64,000 bases of DNA from Eledone cirrhosa (GCA_964016885.1 OZ024748.1:35092001-35156000), one strand, 5' to 3'. Shown: positions 11,880 through 24,157, numbered from the stretch's first letter. Numbers and translations: made by a program. Notes: generated by a model not told the origin, from the sequence alone.

Positions 11880-11976
11880 CTGACCCCCCCAAAATGTATA
11901 CAGACTTCAACAGCATTCTAATTAAAGTATGTATACATTTTGGGGAACAAACTCTGTGTGTATGTATATATATATA

Positions 11977-14035
11977 TCATCATCATCATTTTACGTCCGC
12001 TTTTCCCTGCTTGCAAGGGTGGGACGGGTCTTATTCAGCATAGCATCTCTCCACTTGTCACGGTCCTTCGTCATCACCACTGTGAGCTTCAGCAATCTGA
12101 GGTCTGTTCTCACCACCTCCGCCCATGTTTTTCGTGGTCTACCTCTACCACGACTTCCTTCAACTGACATTTCCTGGCACTTCTTCACCCATCGGTCATC
12201 CTCCATGCTCATCACATGTGCATACCTCCTCAGTCTCCTCTCTCGCACACTACATTCTATCCCTCTCAGACACAGTTTCTCTCTCAACACATCCATGCTG
12301 GGTCGTTCACACACATTGACATTGCACATCCAATGGAGCATGCTTGCCTCGTTTCTCTCCAGCCGTCGCATATCCTCTGCAGTTGCTGCCCATGTCTCAC
12401 TACCATGCATCATTGCGCTCCTCACACGGGCATCATATAACCGGCCTTTCATACGCAGGGAGAAACCCTTCTTCGACAGCAGACGAAGCAGCTCCCTAAA
12501 CTTCTTCCAACCCGTCCTTATTCTAGATACTAAGGCCTCGGAACACCCCCCCTCCTATGCTAATCTGATCTCCTAGGTACCGGAAGCTATCTACCACTTC
12601 TATAGCACCCGCCTGCATTTGAAAAATGTGTCTATCAATGCAACTTCTACTGTCTAATTTCCTTGTACATCTACTGCATACGTATTTCTCCCTACCTGTT
12701 ATTTTGCCTGCTATCCCACTACATCTCTTGTGTACCCAGGATCTGCATTGTGTGCATTTTATAGAATTTATGCCAGTTCCTTTTCTGCATATCGAACATG
12801 GCCATTTCCCTGACGGAATCAGAGTTTTGGCCTCTTTTCTACTCATCAACACTTTTGTCTTAGCTCGGTTCACTCTCAGTCCTCTTGCTTCCAACTGCTG
12901 TTTCCATAGGCAGAATTTATTCTCTAGCTCCTCTACTGATTCTGCTATAAGAACCAGATCGTCAGCATAGAGAAGTTCCCATGGACAGCCAGTCTTAAAC
13001 TCCTCTGTTATGGCTTGGAGGACTATAATGAACAAGAGCGGGCTGAGGACCGAACCTTAATGTACTCCTACTTGTATCTGGAATTCCTCACTAAACTCCA
13101 TTCCTACCCTCACTTTACTGACAGCATCTCTACAAAGTTTGCACTGTCCTCACAAGTCATTCCTCAACACCTAGTTTCCTTAGGGACCACCAGATGACAG
13201 ATCGGGGTACCCTATCAAAGGCCTTCTCTAGCTCAATATGTTGACCTAGAGAAGGCCTTTGATAGGCTAAGTATAGTGGCTTATTCTTCTCTAAGAATCT
13301 CTCTTGTAATTGTCTCACCAAGAAGAGGGCATCTGTTGTACTTTTCCCAGGCACAAAACCAAACTGTATCTCATCTAGTTTGACCCTTTCTCTAATTAGT
13401 TGTGCTAATATCCTTTCTGCCACTTTCATAACCTGATCCATCAGTTTTATACCCCTATAATTGCTCCTCTCCAGAGCATCCCCTTTACCTTTGTAGCAGT
13501 TTATGAGAATACTGCTGCACCAGTCTTTGGGTATGACACCACCATATATAGCCTGATTGATGATGCGTACAACCAGTTTAGTGCTTACGTCTCCTGATGC
13601 CTTCAGCATCTCAGCGACTATCCCCGACGGTCCAGCAGCCTTACCATTTTTCATTTCCTTAATCACCTCTTGGACCCTATATTCGTCAATCTCAATAGCT
13701 GGTCCCTCTGTCGGATCTACTGAGGGTAATTTCTCTCTCTCCCATTCGTTCTCCACATTCATCAGTCTCTCATAATAACATTTCCAGGCCTCCTTTTTCT
13801 GATCATTCGTGACATAAGTACACCGGCATCATTCCGGACACATTTATCTCCAACAACATCCTGATTTGCATTGACACACTGCCTTGCAATGTGGAACACC
13901 GCACGCCTCTGATCTTCCCGTCTCAGAACATTGGCAAACCTCCTACTCTCAGCCTTCCTACGTGCTAAGTACACCTGACATCTAGCTTCTCTCTTAGCGG
14001 CTGTATATCCTTCTCTACTCCCATCCTTTTTCCAA
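11977..14035 (-). mobile_element. RTE-clade LINE (family A), 5'-truncated, defective
   Basis: ORF pieces 13157-13762, 12523-13035 and 11991-12452 carry RT motifs ([57 protein letters not shown]). The ORF stop runs straight into an (ATG)n tail at 11977-11990. Flanked by TA-rich DNA. Confidence 0.95.
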
Positions 14036-14174
14036 ATATATGTACGAGAAAGTATACGTACCTTCACAAAACATACAGGTAATATATACTTACTTATACA
14101 AATAAGTAATGGTATAAACATAACATATACTTAGCTACCACATCAAGACGTAAATTATCCGTGTATAGTTCGTA

Positions 14175-15563
14175 CTATCCGTTAGGGTATAATGTGGGGC
14201 TGTAATACAGGAAAGTTTTGTGCAATTTATGTTTACAAGCCGAAATTGCCTCAGATTTTTTGTTTAAGATGTGGTCTGTGGCGTAGAGTATTTCCAGGGC
14301 TTCAGTGGCGCAGAGGTCACATGGTCTTTTATTCCCGTTATACGATCTAGCCCTAGCTAGTATCTCCCAGTGTAACTTATATTGGGTGAGGTTGTCTTAG
14401 ATTCTAGATATAAACTGAAAGTGATGTCATATTCCTTCTTAAAGGGTTAAGAAAAGAATGGGTATGCATGTAAAGACGCTGCTTGAATCTATTGGTGGTT
14501 AACCCTATGTAGGCCCTACGGGATGTGGGTGTTTCAACCTTACATTTGTAGACAATGTTACTAGAGAGGCATTTCCCGGATAGGGGGCAGTCAACACGAT
14601 TCCTACAATTACAGTTAGTACTAGCTACAGGGTTGCACGTATTCCTACGGCTAGGTAATTTAGCTAAATTTGAAGCTGTGATGTTATGTGCAAGGTTAGG
14701 AGTCGTAGAGTAAGAAATTTTAATAGTATTTCTATTAAAAATGTTACTATATTTATGTGCTGGGGGTAAATGCTTCATAATAAGGGAGAGAAAGATCTTA
14801 GCTAATGGTGTGGCCACCTCCCTATATGGTGGGTTATACCATATAATGCGTCGGGATCTATTTTTCCTAGGTCTATTCTCATATTCTGTATATGCTACCT
14901 TATCAACAAATCCACTCCGAGCAAGAGCTTCATTGTAATATGTGGAATGGTCATTGAAAATATGCTCATTTGTAGATAGACGGGAAAGCCTCAAAGAAAC
15001 GTTTCTTACCAGGTTCTTGGTTATGCTGGCAGGATTGTTAGAATGCTTACTTATGTAATTAAGCGTATCATTCGACTTTCTATACGGGTAGTGCAAACCA
15101 TTCGACAAATTGAGGGTAACGTCGAGGTAATTAACGACCGAGAGGTTGGCCTCAACCTGTATGGAGAGGTTGAAGCCTTTAAAGAAGGCTGTGAGTTCTT
15201 TTCTGAACCTGTCACAAGCACGTGGGCTGCATTTTGTCATGGCCGTCATCACGATACAAACCACCACCCGCGTTGGGGAATTCTTCCTTGATAGAGAAAA
15301 GAAGGAAAAGGCCGATAAGATCTGTAACCTCCGCAGAATCACTGGCGCCCATACTCATGTCGAATGGGGTACTATTAGATTTTTTAATCCAAATAGAGTC
15401 GTTGAAATTAATCACGGACTTACAGGCATTGAGGATGACATCAACTTCGAAATCCTTAACCACAGAGTTTTAGTGAAATTTATAGCTCTAAGAAGAAGTG
15501 GTAAAGTGATGGAGGAGTAGTAATTATTGATGTCGAATTGGATAAAATGGCAATGTTCCTTGA
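14175..15563 (-). mobile_element. Penelope-like element (RT + C-terminal GIY-YIG; Naiad-type motifs), 5'-truncated, frameshifted
   Basis: RT motifs FIQFDINNYYSSI, FDMSMGASDSAEVTDLIG, GLYRDDG, VNYLDVTL and IIWYNPPY. Cys-rich linker CNCRNRVDCPLSGKC and GIY-YIG NIVYKC...AYIGLT. Tail (frameshifted) LHWEILARARSY...CDLCATE...LNKKSE...CKH, stop at 14175-14177. Confidence 0.92.
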
Positions 15564-15683
15564 ATGTGTATGTACGTATATGGATGCGTGCATGTATATA
15601 TTTAATTTTTGTTGATTTCAATTACCTCTGTAATTTATTTACATTATTCTTAACACTGAAGCCGAGAATCATTCGGTTTCCTA

Positions 15684-15944
15684 AATAGAATTTTAGTCTA
15701 CGACTTCAGTTACACCATAAACGTGGTTTTGTCTTTGCGTGTAATTGTTCTCATCGGTCCACATAATGACGTATTATCTTTGTTTTTTCCGTTCATTGCC
15801 AGAGAAAGTCTCCACGAACCACCTAATAGAATATTAGTCTACGACTTCATTTATACCATAAACATGGTTTTGTCTTTGCGTGTAATTGTTTTCACCGCTC
15901 CAAATAATGACGTATTATCTTTGCTTTTTTCCGTTCTTTGCCAG
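15684..15944 (+). repeat. Direct duplication, 141-bp period, two copies
   Basis: AATAGAAT(T/A)TTAGTCTACGACTTCA...TTGCCAG starts at 15684 and again at 15825. Confidence 0.85.
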
Positions 15945-16114
15945 GGAACGTTTCCACTAACCAAAGTATCGTCTTCCTGTCTTCCTTTGGTTGCAACGTT
16001 TTTCGAAATATTTACTTCTGCGTTCACAGATTGATTTTTTTAGTTTCAGAAGATCCCGTTAAGGGTGAAAACAGCAATTCTTTGCTTAAACTTTAATCTG
16101 TTATTTTAATTAAT

Positions 16115-16350
<236 letters not shown>

Positions 16351-18827
16351 CATCATCATCATCATCAACGTTTAACGTCCGTGTTCCACGCTTGCATGGG
16401 TTTGGACGGGGGTAGTCCCACTTGAGGCAAGAGTGATTGTCTTGCTCGCATAGGACTGTCTGGCAGGTTTTCTACAGTTGGATGCCCTTCCTAACACCAA
16501 CCACATTTACAGTGTGGGTCTGGGAGGTTTTTACCGTGTTGCCTACACGGCCACATTACAGCGTGGACTGTGTGTTTTTTTGTCGTGACACCTACACGAT
16601 CTCATTTGTTTCGGCCTGGATGGCGCGGCACCAACATAACTTTACATAGAATGGGGTGGTGTGGATGGGGTGGGGGGACGGGGTGTATTTTGTTAGAGAT
16701 GCCTACTGGCTGTAGTAGGTTTTACTATGTATTTAGGTAAGGCGGGTCTTCTCTGTTACTGAGTACCGCCAAAGGTCTCGGTCCAGTGACATTGTCTTGG
16801 AGAGGTGTAAGTGTGTGATGTCGGAGTTTATCAGCTCGTCCCAGGTTTTTCTAGGTCTGCCTATTCCGTGACTACCGTCTATCTTTATTGCCCTGCACTT
16901 TGTTATACAGCTATTGACTTTCATGCGCATCACGTGTCCATACCAACGTAGCCTTCTCTCGAGTAAACAACATCTGATCCCTCTTATCTCTAATTTTTTC
17001 CTTAGTTCGTTTATGCTTTGCCGTTCACGTATATTACTGTTACACATCCAGCGGAGCATGCAAGCTTCGTTCCTCTCTAGTCTGCGTATATCCTCTGCAC
17101 ACAATGCCCAGGTCTCACTGCCATGCAGCATTGCTGTTCGTATGCAGGCATCGTACAACCTGCCTTTCATTTTTAGGGAGAACCCTTTAGCAGCTAATAG
17201 TGGTATAAGCTCTCTGAACTTTTTCCAACCAGTTCTGACTCTAGCTACAGTACTTTCAAAGCACCCTCCCCCACTGCTGATTTTATCGCCCAGGTAACGG
17301 AAGCTGTCCACTATTTCTATAGAACCCTCTGCGCAATTGAAAGAGCTAGTATTTTGTGGGCACTTGCTGCTACTTATTGCACCAGAGCACCGGCCACATG
17401 TAAAATCTATGTTCTTAGTTAGCTTACCTGTGATCCCACTACATCTTTTATGCACCCATACTTTGCATTTAGGACATAAAATGGAGTTTCTACCTACGCC
17501 TTTCCTACACACCGAGCACGACCATTTCCCAGAAGGGACCGCCGCCTTGTTTTCTTTCCTACAAACTAGAACTTTGGTCTTAGCCAGGTTAATTTTAAGT
17601 CCTTTTGACTCTAGGCCGTGCTTCCATGTTTGGAATTTCTTCTCTAGCTCGGCCATTGATTCCGCTATGAGTGTCAGGTCGTTTGCGTATAGGAGTTCCC
17701 ATGGGCAGCCTGTCTTGAACTCCTCTGTTATAGCCTGAAGGGCAATAATAAATAGTAGGGGGCTGAGAACAGAGCCCTGATGGACGCCAACTTTTACGCT
17801 AAACTCTTCACTATATTCGTTGTTAATTCTAACCTTGCTGACTGTTTCTTTATACATGGCTTGTATAGCCCTCAAGCCATTCGTCAACGCCTAGTTTTCT
17901 AAGAGCCCACCAGATAATGGAGCGGGGGACTCTGTCGAAGGCTTTCTCCAAGTCGACAAAAGCTAAGTAGAGGGGTTTACCTTTAGCTAGGTACTTCTCC
18001 TGTAGTTGTCGTACTATGAAAAGAGCGTCTGTGGTACTTTTGCCTGACACAAACCCGAACTGCATTTCATCTAGGTCAATTCTCTCTCTGATTAGTTGCG
18101 CTATTACTTTTTCCGTGACCTTCATGACCTGGTCGATTAATTTAATGCCTCTATAGTTACTCCTATCTAGGGCGTCTCCTTTACCCTTATAACAGTTAAC
18201 GATGATGCTGCTATGCCAGTCCTTCGGAACAACCCCATTCTGTACGACTTGGTTAACTATGCGGGTGACCATGGTGTGTCCCACCGTGCCAGATGCCTTC
18301 AGCATCTCAGCAACTATTTCCGAAGGCCCAGCCGCCTTGCCCGTTTTCATATCCTTGATTGCCTTACTTATTATACTCCCCTCGACTAACATTGCTGGTC
18401 CCTCTATTGGGTCGATATGGGGGAGACTGTCTTTCTCCCATTTATTCTCCTCATTTAGTAGCCTTTCATAGTGACACTTCCAAGCTACCCTCTTATCAGC
18501 GTCGGTGATGGCAAGTGTGCCATCGTCGTTTAGTACACACTTCTCCCCGACAATATCACGGTTTTCCTTGACGCATTGCCTAGCAATCCTGAACACCTCA
18601 CGTTTTTGGTCATCGCGTTGTAGAACATGCTTGAACTTTCTTTCCTCAGCTTCCCTTCTTGCTAAGTACACTTGTCTCCTAGCTTCCCTCCTGGCCACTT
18701 GATAGTCTTCTCTACTTCCCCCATCCCGCCATACTTTCCAAGCCTGCTTTTTGGCCTTAATTGACCCCTCCACCTTACTGTTCCACCACCATGTTACTCT
18801 CCTCCTGCCTACAAGCCTGCTCCAGCC

Positions 18828-18828
<1 letters not shown>
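16351..18828 (-). mobile_element. RTE-clade LINE (family B) copy 1, 5'-truncated, defective
   Basis: ORFs 17850-~18828 and 16733-17887 (a 2-bp deletion frameshift near 17875) encode the RT: [57 protein letters not shown]. ~380-bp 3' UTR and (ATG)n tail at 16351. Confidence 0.96.
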
Positions 18829-18861
<33 letters not shown>

Positions 18862-18922
18862 ATATATGTATATATATATATATATGTATATATGTATATA
18901 TATATGTATATATATGTATATA

Positions 18923-19010
<88 letters not shown>

Positions 19011-19020
19011 CATATATATA
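18828..19020. repeat. (TA)n microsatellite between RTE copies
   Basis: Read directly. Confidence 0.97.
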
Positions 19021-21328
19021 TCTTCATCATTGTTTAACGTCCATCTTCCACGCTAGCATGGGTCTGGATGGGGATTGTCCCATGTGAGGCAAGATTGGTT
19101 GTCTTGCTCAGGACTGTCTGGCAGGTTTTCTACAGCTGGATGCCCTTCCTAACACCAACCACGTTTACAGTGTGGACTGGGAGGTTTTTACTGTGTTACC
19201 TACACGGCCACATTTCAGCGTGGACTGTGTGTTTTTTTTTGTTGTGACACCTACACAACCTCATTTATTTAGGACTGGATGTTGTGGTACCAACATAGCT
19301 TTACATCGAAAAGGGTGATGTAGATGGGGGTGGGGGTAGTGGGACGGGGGTGTATTTTGGTTAAGAGGTGCCTACTGACTGTAGGTTTCGCTTTGTACTC
19401 AGGCAAGGCGGGTCTTCTGTATTACTACGTAGCGCCAAAGATCTCGGTTCAGTGACATTGTCTTGGAGAGGTGTAAGTGTATGAGGTCGGATTTTATCAA
19501 GTCGTCCCAGGTTTTTCTGGGTCTGCCTACTCCATAGCTACCGTCTATTTTGATCGCCCTGCACTTTTTTATACAGCTGTCACCTTTCATGCGCATCACG
19601 TGACCATACCAACATAGTCTTCTCTCGAGTAAACAGCATCTGATCCCTCTTATTCCTAATTTCTCACTTAGTTCATTTATGCTTTGCCATTCGCGTATAT
19701 TACTATTACACATCCAACGGAGCATGCAAGCTTCGTTCCTCTCCAGTCTGCGTAGATCCTCTGCACACAAGGCCCATGTCTCACTGCCATTTTTAGAGAG
19801 AAACCTTTAGCGGCCAATAGTGGTATAAGCTCTCTGAACTTTTTCCATCCCGTTGGGACTCTAGCTACTGTACTTTCGGAGCACCCTCCACCCCTGCTGA
19901 TTTTGTCACCCAGGTAACGGAAGGTGTCCACTATTTCTATAGAACCATCTGGGCAATGGAATGAGCTAGTATTCAGTGGGCACTTGCTGCTATTTATTGC
20001 ACCTGAGCACCGGCCACATATAACATCTATATTCTTAGTTAGCTTACCTGTGATCCCACTACATCTTTTATGCACCCATACTTTGCATTTGGGACATAAA
20101 ATGGAGTTTCTGCCTACTCCTTTCCTACACACTGAGCATGGCCATTTCCCAGCTGGGACCAGTGCCCTATTTTCCTTCCTACAAACTAGAACTTTAATTT
20201 AGACAGGTTAATTTTAAGGCCTTTTGATTCTAGGCCATGCTTCCATGTTTGGAATTTCTTCTCTACTTCAGCCATTGATTAAGCTATGAGCGTTAGATCA
20301 TGTGCGTATAGAAGTTCCCATGGGCAGCTGGTCTTGAGCTCCTCTGTTATAGCCTGAAGGGCAATAATAAATAGTAGGGGCTAAGGACGGAGCCCTGATG
20401 AACAACAACTTTTACGCTAAACTCTTCACTATATTCGTTGTTAATTCTAACCTTGCTGACTGTTTCTTTATACATGGCTTGTATAGCTCTCACAAGCCAT
20501 TCATCAACACCTAGTTTTCTAAGAGTCCACCGGATAATGGAGCGGAGGACTCTGTCAAAGGCTTTCTCCAGGTCTACAAAAGCTAAGTAGAGGGGTTTAC
20601 TTTTAGCTAGGTACTTCTCCTGTTGTTGTCATACAATGAAAAGAGCGTCTGTGGTACTTTTACCTGACACAAATCTCAACTGCATTTCATCTAGATCAAT
20701 TCTCTCTCTGATTAGTTGTGCTATAACTTTTTCTGTGACCTTCATGACCTGGTCAATTAATTTAATGCCTCTAGAGTTTCCCCTATCTAGAGCATCTCCT
20801 TTACCCTTGTAGCAGTTAATGATGATGCTGCTACGCCAGTCCTTTGGTACGACCCCATTCTGTATAACTTGGTTTACTATCCGGGTGACCATAGTGTGTC
20901 CCACCGTTCCAGATGCTTTCAGCATTTCAGCAACTATTTCCGAAGGCCCAGCCGCCTTGCCCGTCTTCATATCTTTGATTGCCTTACTTATTATACTACC
21001 TTCAACTTGCACTGCTGGTCCCTCTATTGGATTGATGTGGGGGAGACTGTCTTTCTCCCATTTATTCTCCTCATTTAGTAGCCTTTCGTAGTGACACTTC
21101 CAAGCTACCTTCTTATCAGCGTCAGTGATGTAAGTACACCATCATCATTACGGACACACTTCTCCTCGACAATATCACGGTTCTCCTTGACACATTGTCT
21201 AGCAATCCTGAACACCTCACGTTTTTGGTCCTCGCGTTGTAGGACATGCTTGAACTTTCTTTCCTCTGCTTCCCTTCTTGCGAAGTACACTTGTCTCCTA
21301 GCTTCCCTCCTGGCCACTTGATACTCAC
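19021..21328 (-). mobile_element. RTE-clade LINE (family B) copy 2, 5'-truncated, defective
   Basis: Colinear and highly similar to copy 1 (ORF pieces 21105-21317, 20629-21012, 19677-20132, 19399-19770). YAHD in place of YADD, ~50-bp deletion near 19788, same 3' UTR and tail. Confidence 0.95.
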
Positions 21329-21380
21329 TTGTGTGTGTAAATATCTATATCTATCTATATATATATATACATATATATAT

Positions 21381-22281
21381 CATCATCAACGTTTAACGTC
21401 TATCTTCCACGCTAGCAAGGGTTAGACGGGAATTGTCCCACTTGAGGCAAGATTGGGTGAACATGTGATCGGGTGAACGTGTCTTGCTTGTGTAGCACTA
21501 TCTGGCAGGTTTGCTACAGCTGGATGCCCTTGCTAACACCAACCACATTTACAGTGTGGACTGGGAGGTTTTTACCGTGTTACCTACACGGCCACATTAC
21601 AGCGTGGACTGTGTGTTTTTTTGTCGTGATACCTACAAGACCTTATTAGTTTGGACTGGATGTTGTGGTACCAACATAACTTTACAGAGAAAGGGTGGTG
21701 TTGGTGGGGGATTGGGGTAGTGGGATGGGGGTGTATATTTGGTTAAGAGGTGCTTACTGACTGTAGGTTTCGCTTTGTAACTTCCAACAATTTTGATTGC
21801 CCTGTACTTTTTTATACAGCTGTCGTCTTTCATGCGCATTACATGACCATACCAACGTAGTTTTCTCTCAAGTAAACAACATCTGATCCCTCTTATTCCT
21901 AATTTCTCACTTAGTTCCTTTATGTTTTGCCGTTCATGTATATTACTATTGCACATCCAAAGGAGCATACATGATTCGTTCCTTTCCAGTCTGCGCAGGT
22001 CCTCTGCACACAATGCCCATGTCTGACTGCCATGTAACATTGCTGTTCGTATACAGGCATCAGACAATCTGCCTTTCATTTTTAGAGAGAAACCTTTAGC
22101 AGCCAATAGTAGTATAAGCTCTCTGAACTTTTTCCATCCCGTTCTGACTCTGGCTACTGTACTTTCAGAACACTCTCCACCACTGCTGATTTTGTCACCC
22201 AGGTAACGGAAATTGTCCACTATTTCTATAGAACCATCTAGGCAATAGAAGGAGCTAGTATCCTGTGGCACTTGCTACTTA
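21381..22281 (-). mobile_element. RTE-clade LINE (family B) copy 3, short 3' fragment
   Basis: ORF 21633-22271 (FRYLG...WYGHVMRM) with an internal deletion near 21780. Same 3' UTR and (ATG)n tail. Confidence 0.93.
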
Positions 22282-22301
22282 TATATATATAAGTATATAT
22301 A

Positions 22302-22475
22302 TCATCATCATCATCATCGTTTTACATCCGTTCTTCCACGCTAGCATGGGTTAAATGGGTTGTCTTGTTGTGAGCAGTGTCCAGTCGGCTGACCTTGTCT
22401 TGCTCATACAGGAACTGATTCTGGCTTGATTTCTACAGCTGGATGCCCTTCCTAACACCAACCTCATTTACAGTG
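22302..22475 (-). mobile_element. RTE-family 3' end fragment (related fragments at 22795-22870, 23186-23228 and ~63880-63920)
   Basis: (CAT)n tail followed by TTCCACGCTAGCATGGG...CTACAGCTGGATGCCCTTCCTAACACCAACC, matching the 3' UTRs of the family-B copies. Confidence 0.8.
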
Positions 22476-22488
22476 AGTATATATATTT

Positions 22489-22751
22489 GCTTAATGGTTA
22501 GAGCATTGGCCTTGCAATCGAAAGGTTGTGAGTTCAATTCTCAGACCGGGTGATGTGTTGTTTCCTTGAGCAAGACACTTTATTTCACATTGCTCCAGTT
22601 TACTCAGCTGTAGAAATGAGATGATAGGGACTGGGGTCCATATCATTCCACTGCAAAGTGGTCATAAAGGGCACCCAGCTGTAGAAATCAAGCGAGAATC
22701 AGTTCCTGTCCCACCCTAGCAAGCAGGGAAAAGCGGACGTAAAATGATGAT
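22489..22751 (+). mobile_element. tRNA-derived SINE with RTE-derived 3' tail
   Basis: A box TAATGGTTAGAGC and B box GAGTTCAATTC, central CCTTGAGCAAGACACTTT domain. The 3' 44 nt match the 3' terminus of RTE family A with 1 mismatch and end in ATGATGAT. Confidence 0.75.
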
Positions 22752-23234
22752 ATATGTATATATCTATATATGTATATATATATATGTATATATCCTCATC
22801 ATTGTTTAACGTCTATCTTCCATGCTAGCATTTGAGGCAAGATTGGTCGGGTGACCGTGTCTCGCTTGTATTCTCCAGTATAACTGCAAGATCAGTCGAA
22901 TTTGATCTGATAACGATGACCATCACAATTTATTTTTCAATTCACAGACTGTTTTTGTGGTGGGATTTTGGTCAGGTATGTTTAAGTTGCTAGAGGTTGT
23001 CTATATCTCCACGGAAAGATATTTTATGTCAGATATATAATGTTGAACAATAAAAACAAATAAGGCAAGGTTTACTTGTTAATTAATCCCTTGTTTTAGG
23101 ATCGTTTCAGAGGACAAAAACATCAAAAAGTTTATTGATTTATTGATGTATATATATGGTGTGTGTGTATGCATATATATATATATCATCATCATCATAA
23201 CGTCTGCTTTCCCTGCTAACAAGAGTTGTATATA

Positions 23235-23907
23235 TCTCTTTGTTGTCCATCATAAATGATGATGACATCTTCTTTATTGTTGTTCCTGTCTGTCGTGGGC
23301 ACGAAGGTGGCTGTGGAGGCCGATCCTTGACTTGCAGGTCTGGGGACAGTGGGGGCAGGGGAAGAGACTGGAGTCAGCCTGGCAACTCCCAAAGGTTACC
23401 TCCACCTGTTACCTCCGCCTCTTGCCTATCACCGCAGGGCTTTGGGAGTGCACGCTAAAGAAGAAACCTGTGTGGGAAAGGTTTATAGTGACGGTCCCAC
23501 TCACTCGGCCGCAGAAGCCAGAATCCGGTGGTATGGAGGACTGTGACGACCAGGGACTTCCTTGGCTGTAGTGGATGGCCACGCTGTCTGTAGTGCCTTG
23601 CTGTGTCCTAGTGCTCCACACCGCCTTTGTGACCGTTGGGACGTTGTTGTCCTCCTCCACTCACTCTGCAGGGGCAGGCATCCGCGATCTAACTCACCGG
23701 GGGGTTTCAGACCCGTCCGTCTACCCTCAACCTGGTTCGGCCTGCCAGCCAAGGTGGTTTACCGGGATGTGGCCGCTGTCGCATGCTACAGCTTCTTGGG
23801 GCCACAGGTGAGAGCTGAGTGTCAGGTGAGAGCCAATGCAGGATGAGCTGTCCTGAAAAGGGCATGGCTAGCCCCCCCCCCCCCCCCCCGAGGTATATGC
23901 CCCAGGC
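23235..23907 (-). mobile_element. Non-autonomous (internally deleted) RTE element: structured 5' UTR fused to the C2H2-finger-coding 3' end
   Basis: The 3' part encodes FPCPHCPQTCKSRIGLHSHLRAH...* (23274-23367), a typical RTE C-terminal zinc finger. The 5' part is GC-rich, stem-loop-rich and RTE-5'UTR-like. No RT or APE. Both ends abut TA repeats. Confidence 0.7.
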
Positions 23908-23962
23908 ATATACACACACATACACATACATATGTTCATGTGCATATACATATTTACACATT

Positions 23963-24157
23963 TTTGGATAGCCGTTGACTCTTATGGGTTCTTCCGCCCT
24001 TTGTCAGGTTTTGTTTTTTGTCCTGCAGGGTGTCCAAAATCACCCTCCTCACCAAGTAAACTTGGAGGGGTTGCCAGTTTAGTCGCTGACGACCCGACCA
24101 AGCGACAGTTTGTTCTGGTTTACATGTTACCAGTAGCACTCAAGAGTGACCTGACAT
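23963..24157 (-). mobile_element. Probable 5' UTR fragment of another RTE-type LINE
   Basis: GC-rich block between TA/TG microsatellites (GGTCGGGTCGTCAGCGACTAAACTGGCAACCCC...CAAAGGGCGGAAGAACCC...GAGTCAACGGCTATCCAA) resembling RTE 5' UTRs. Recognised from memory only. Confidence 0.4.

Noticed and set aside
14040-14175. Hammerhead ribozyme or pseudo-LTR next to the Penelope-like element
   Set aside because: No CTGANGA...GAAA core with flanking stems was seen.
15650-16068. piggyBac-like element bounded by TTAACACTGAAG and CCCGTTAAGGGTGAA
   Set aside because: The ends match poorly as TIRs and the right-hand TTAA is absent.
22489-22560. tRNA gene
   Set aside because: A and B boxes are present but there is no acceptor stem, and it continues into a SINE body.
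23963-24157. HDV-like ribozyme in the RTE 5'-UTR-like fragment
   Set aside because: Hairpins are present, but I could not assemble the nested double pseudoknot or find the L3 motif by eye.
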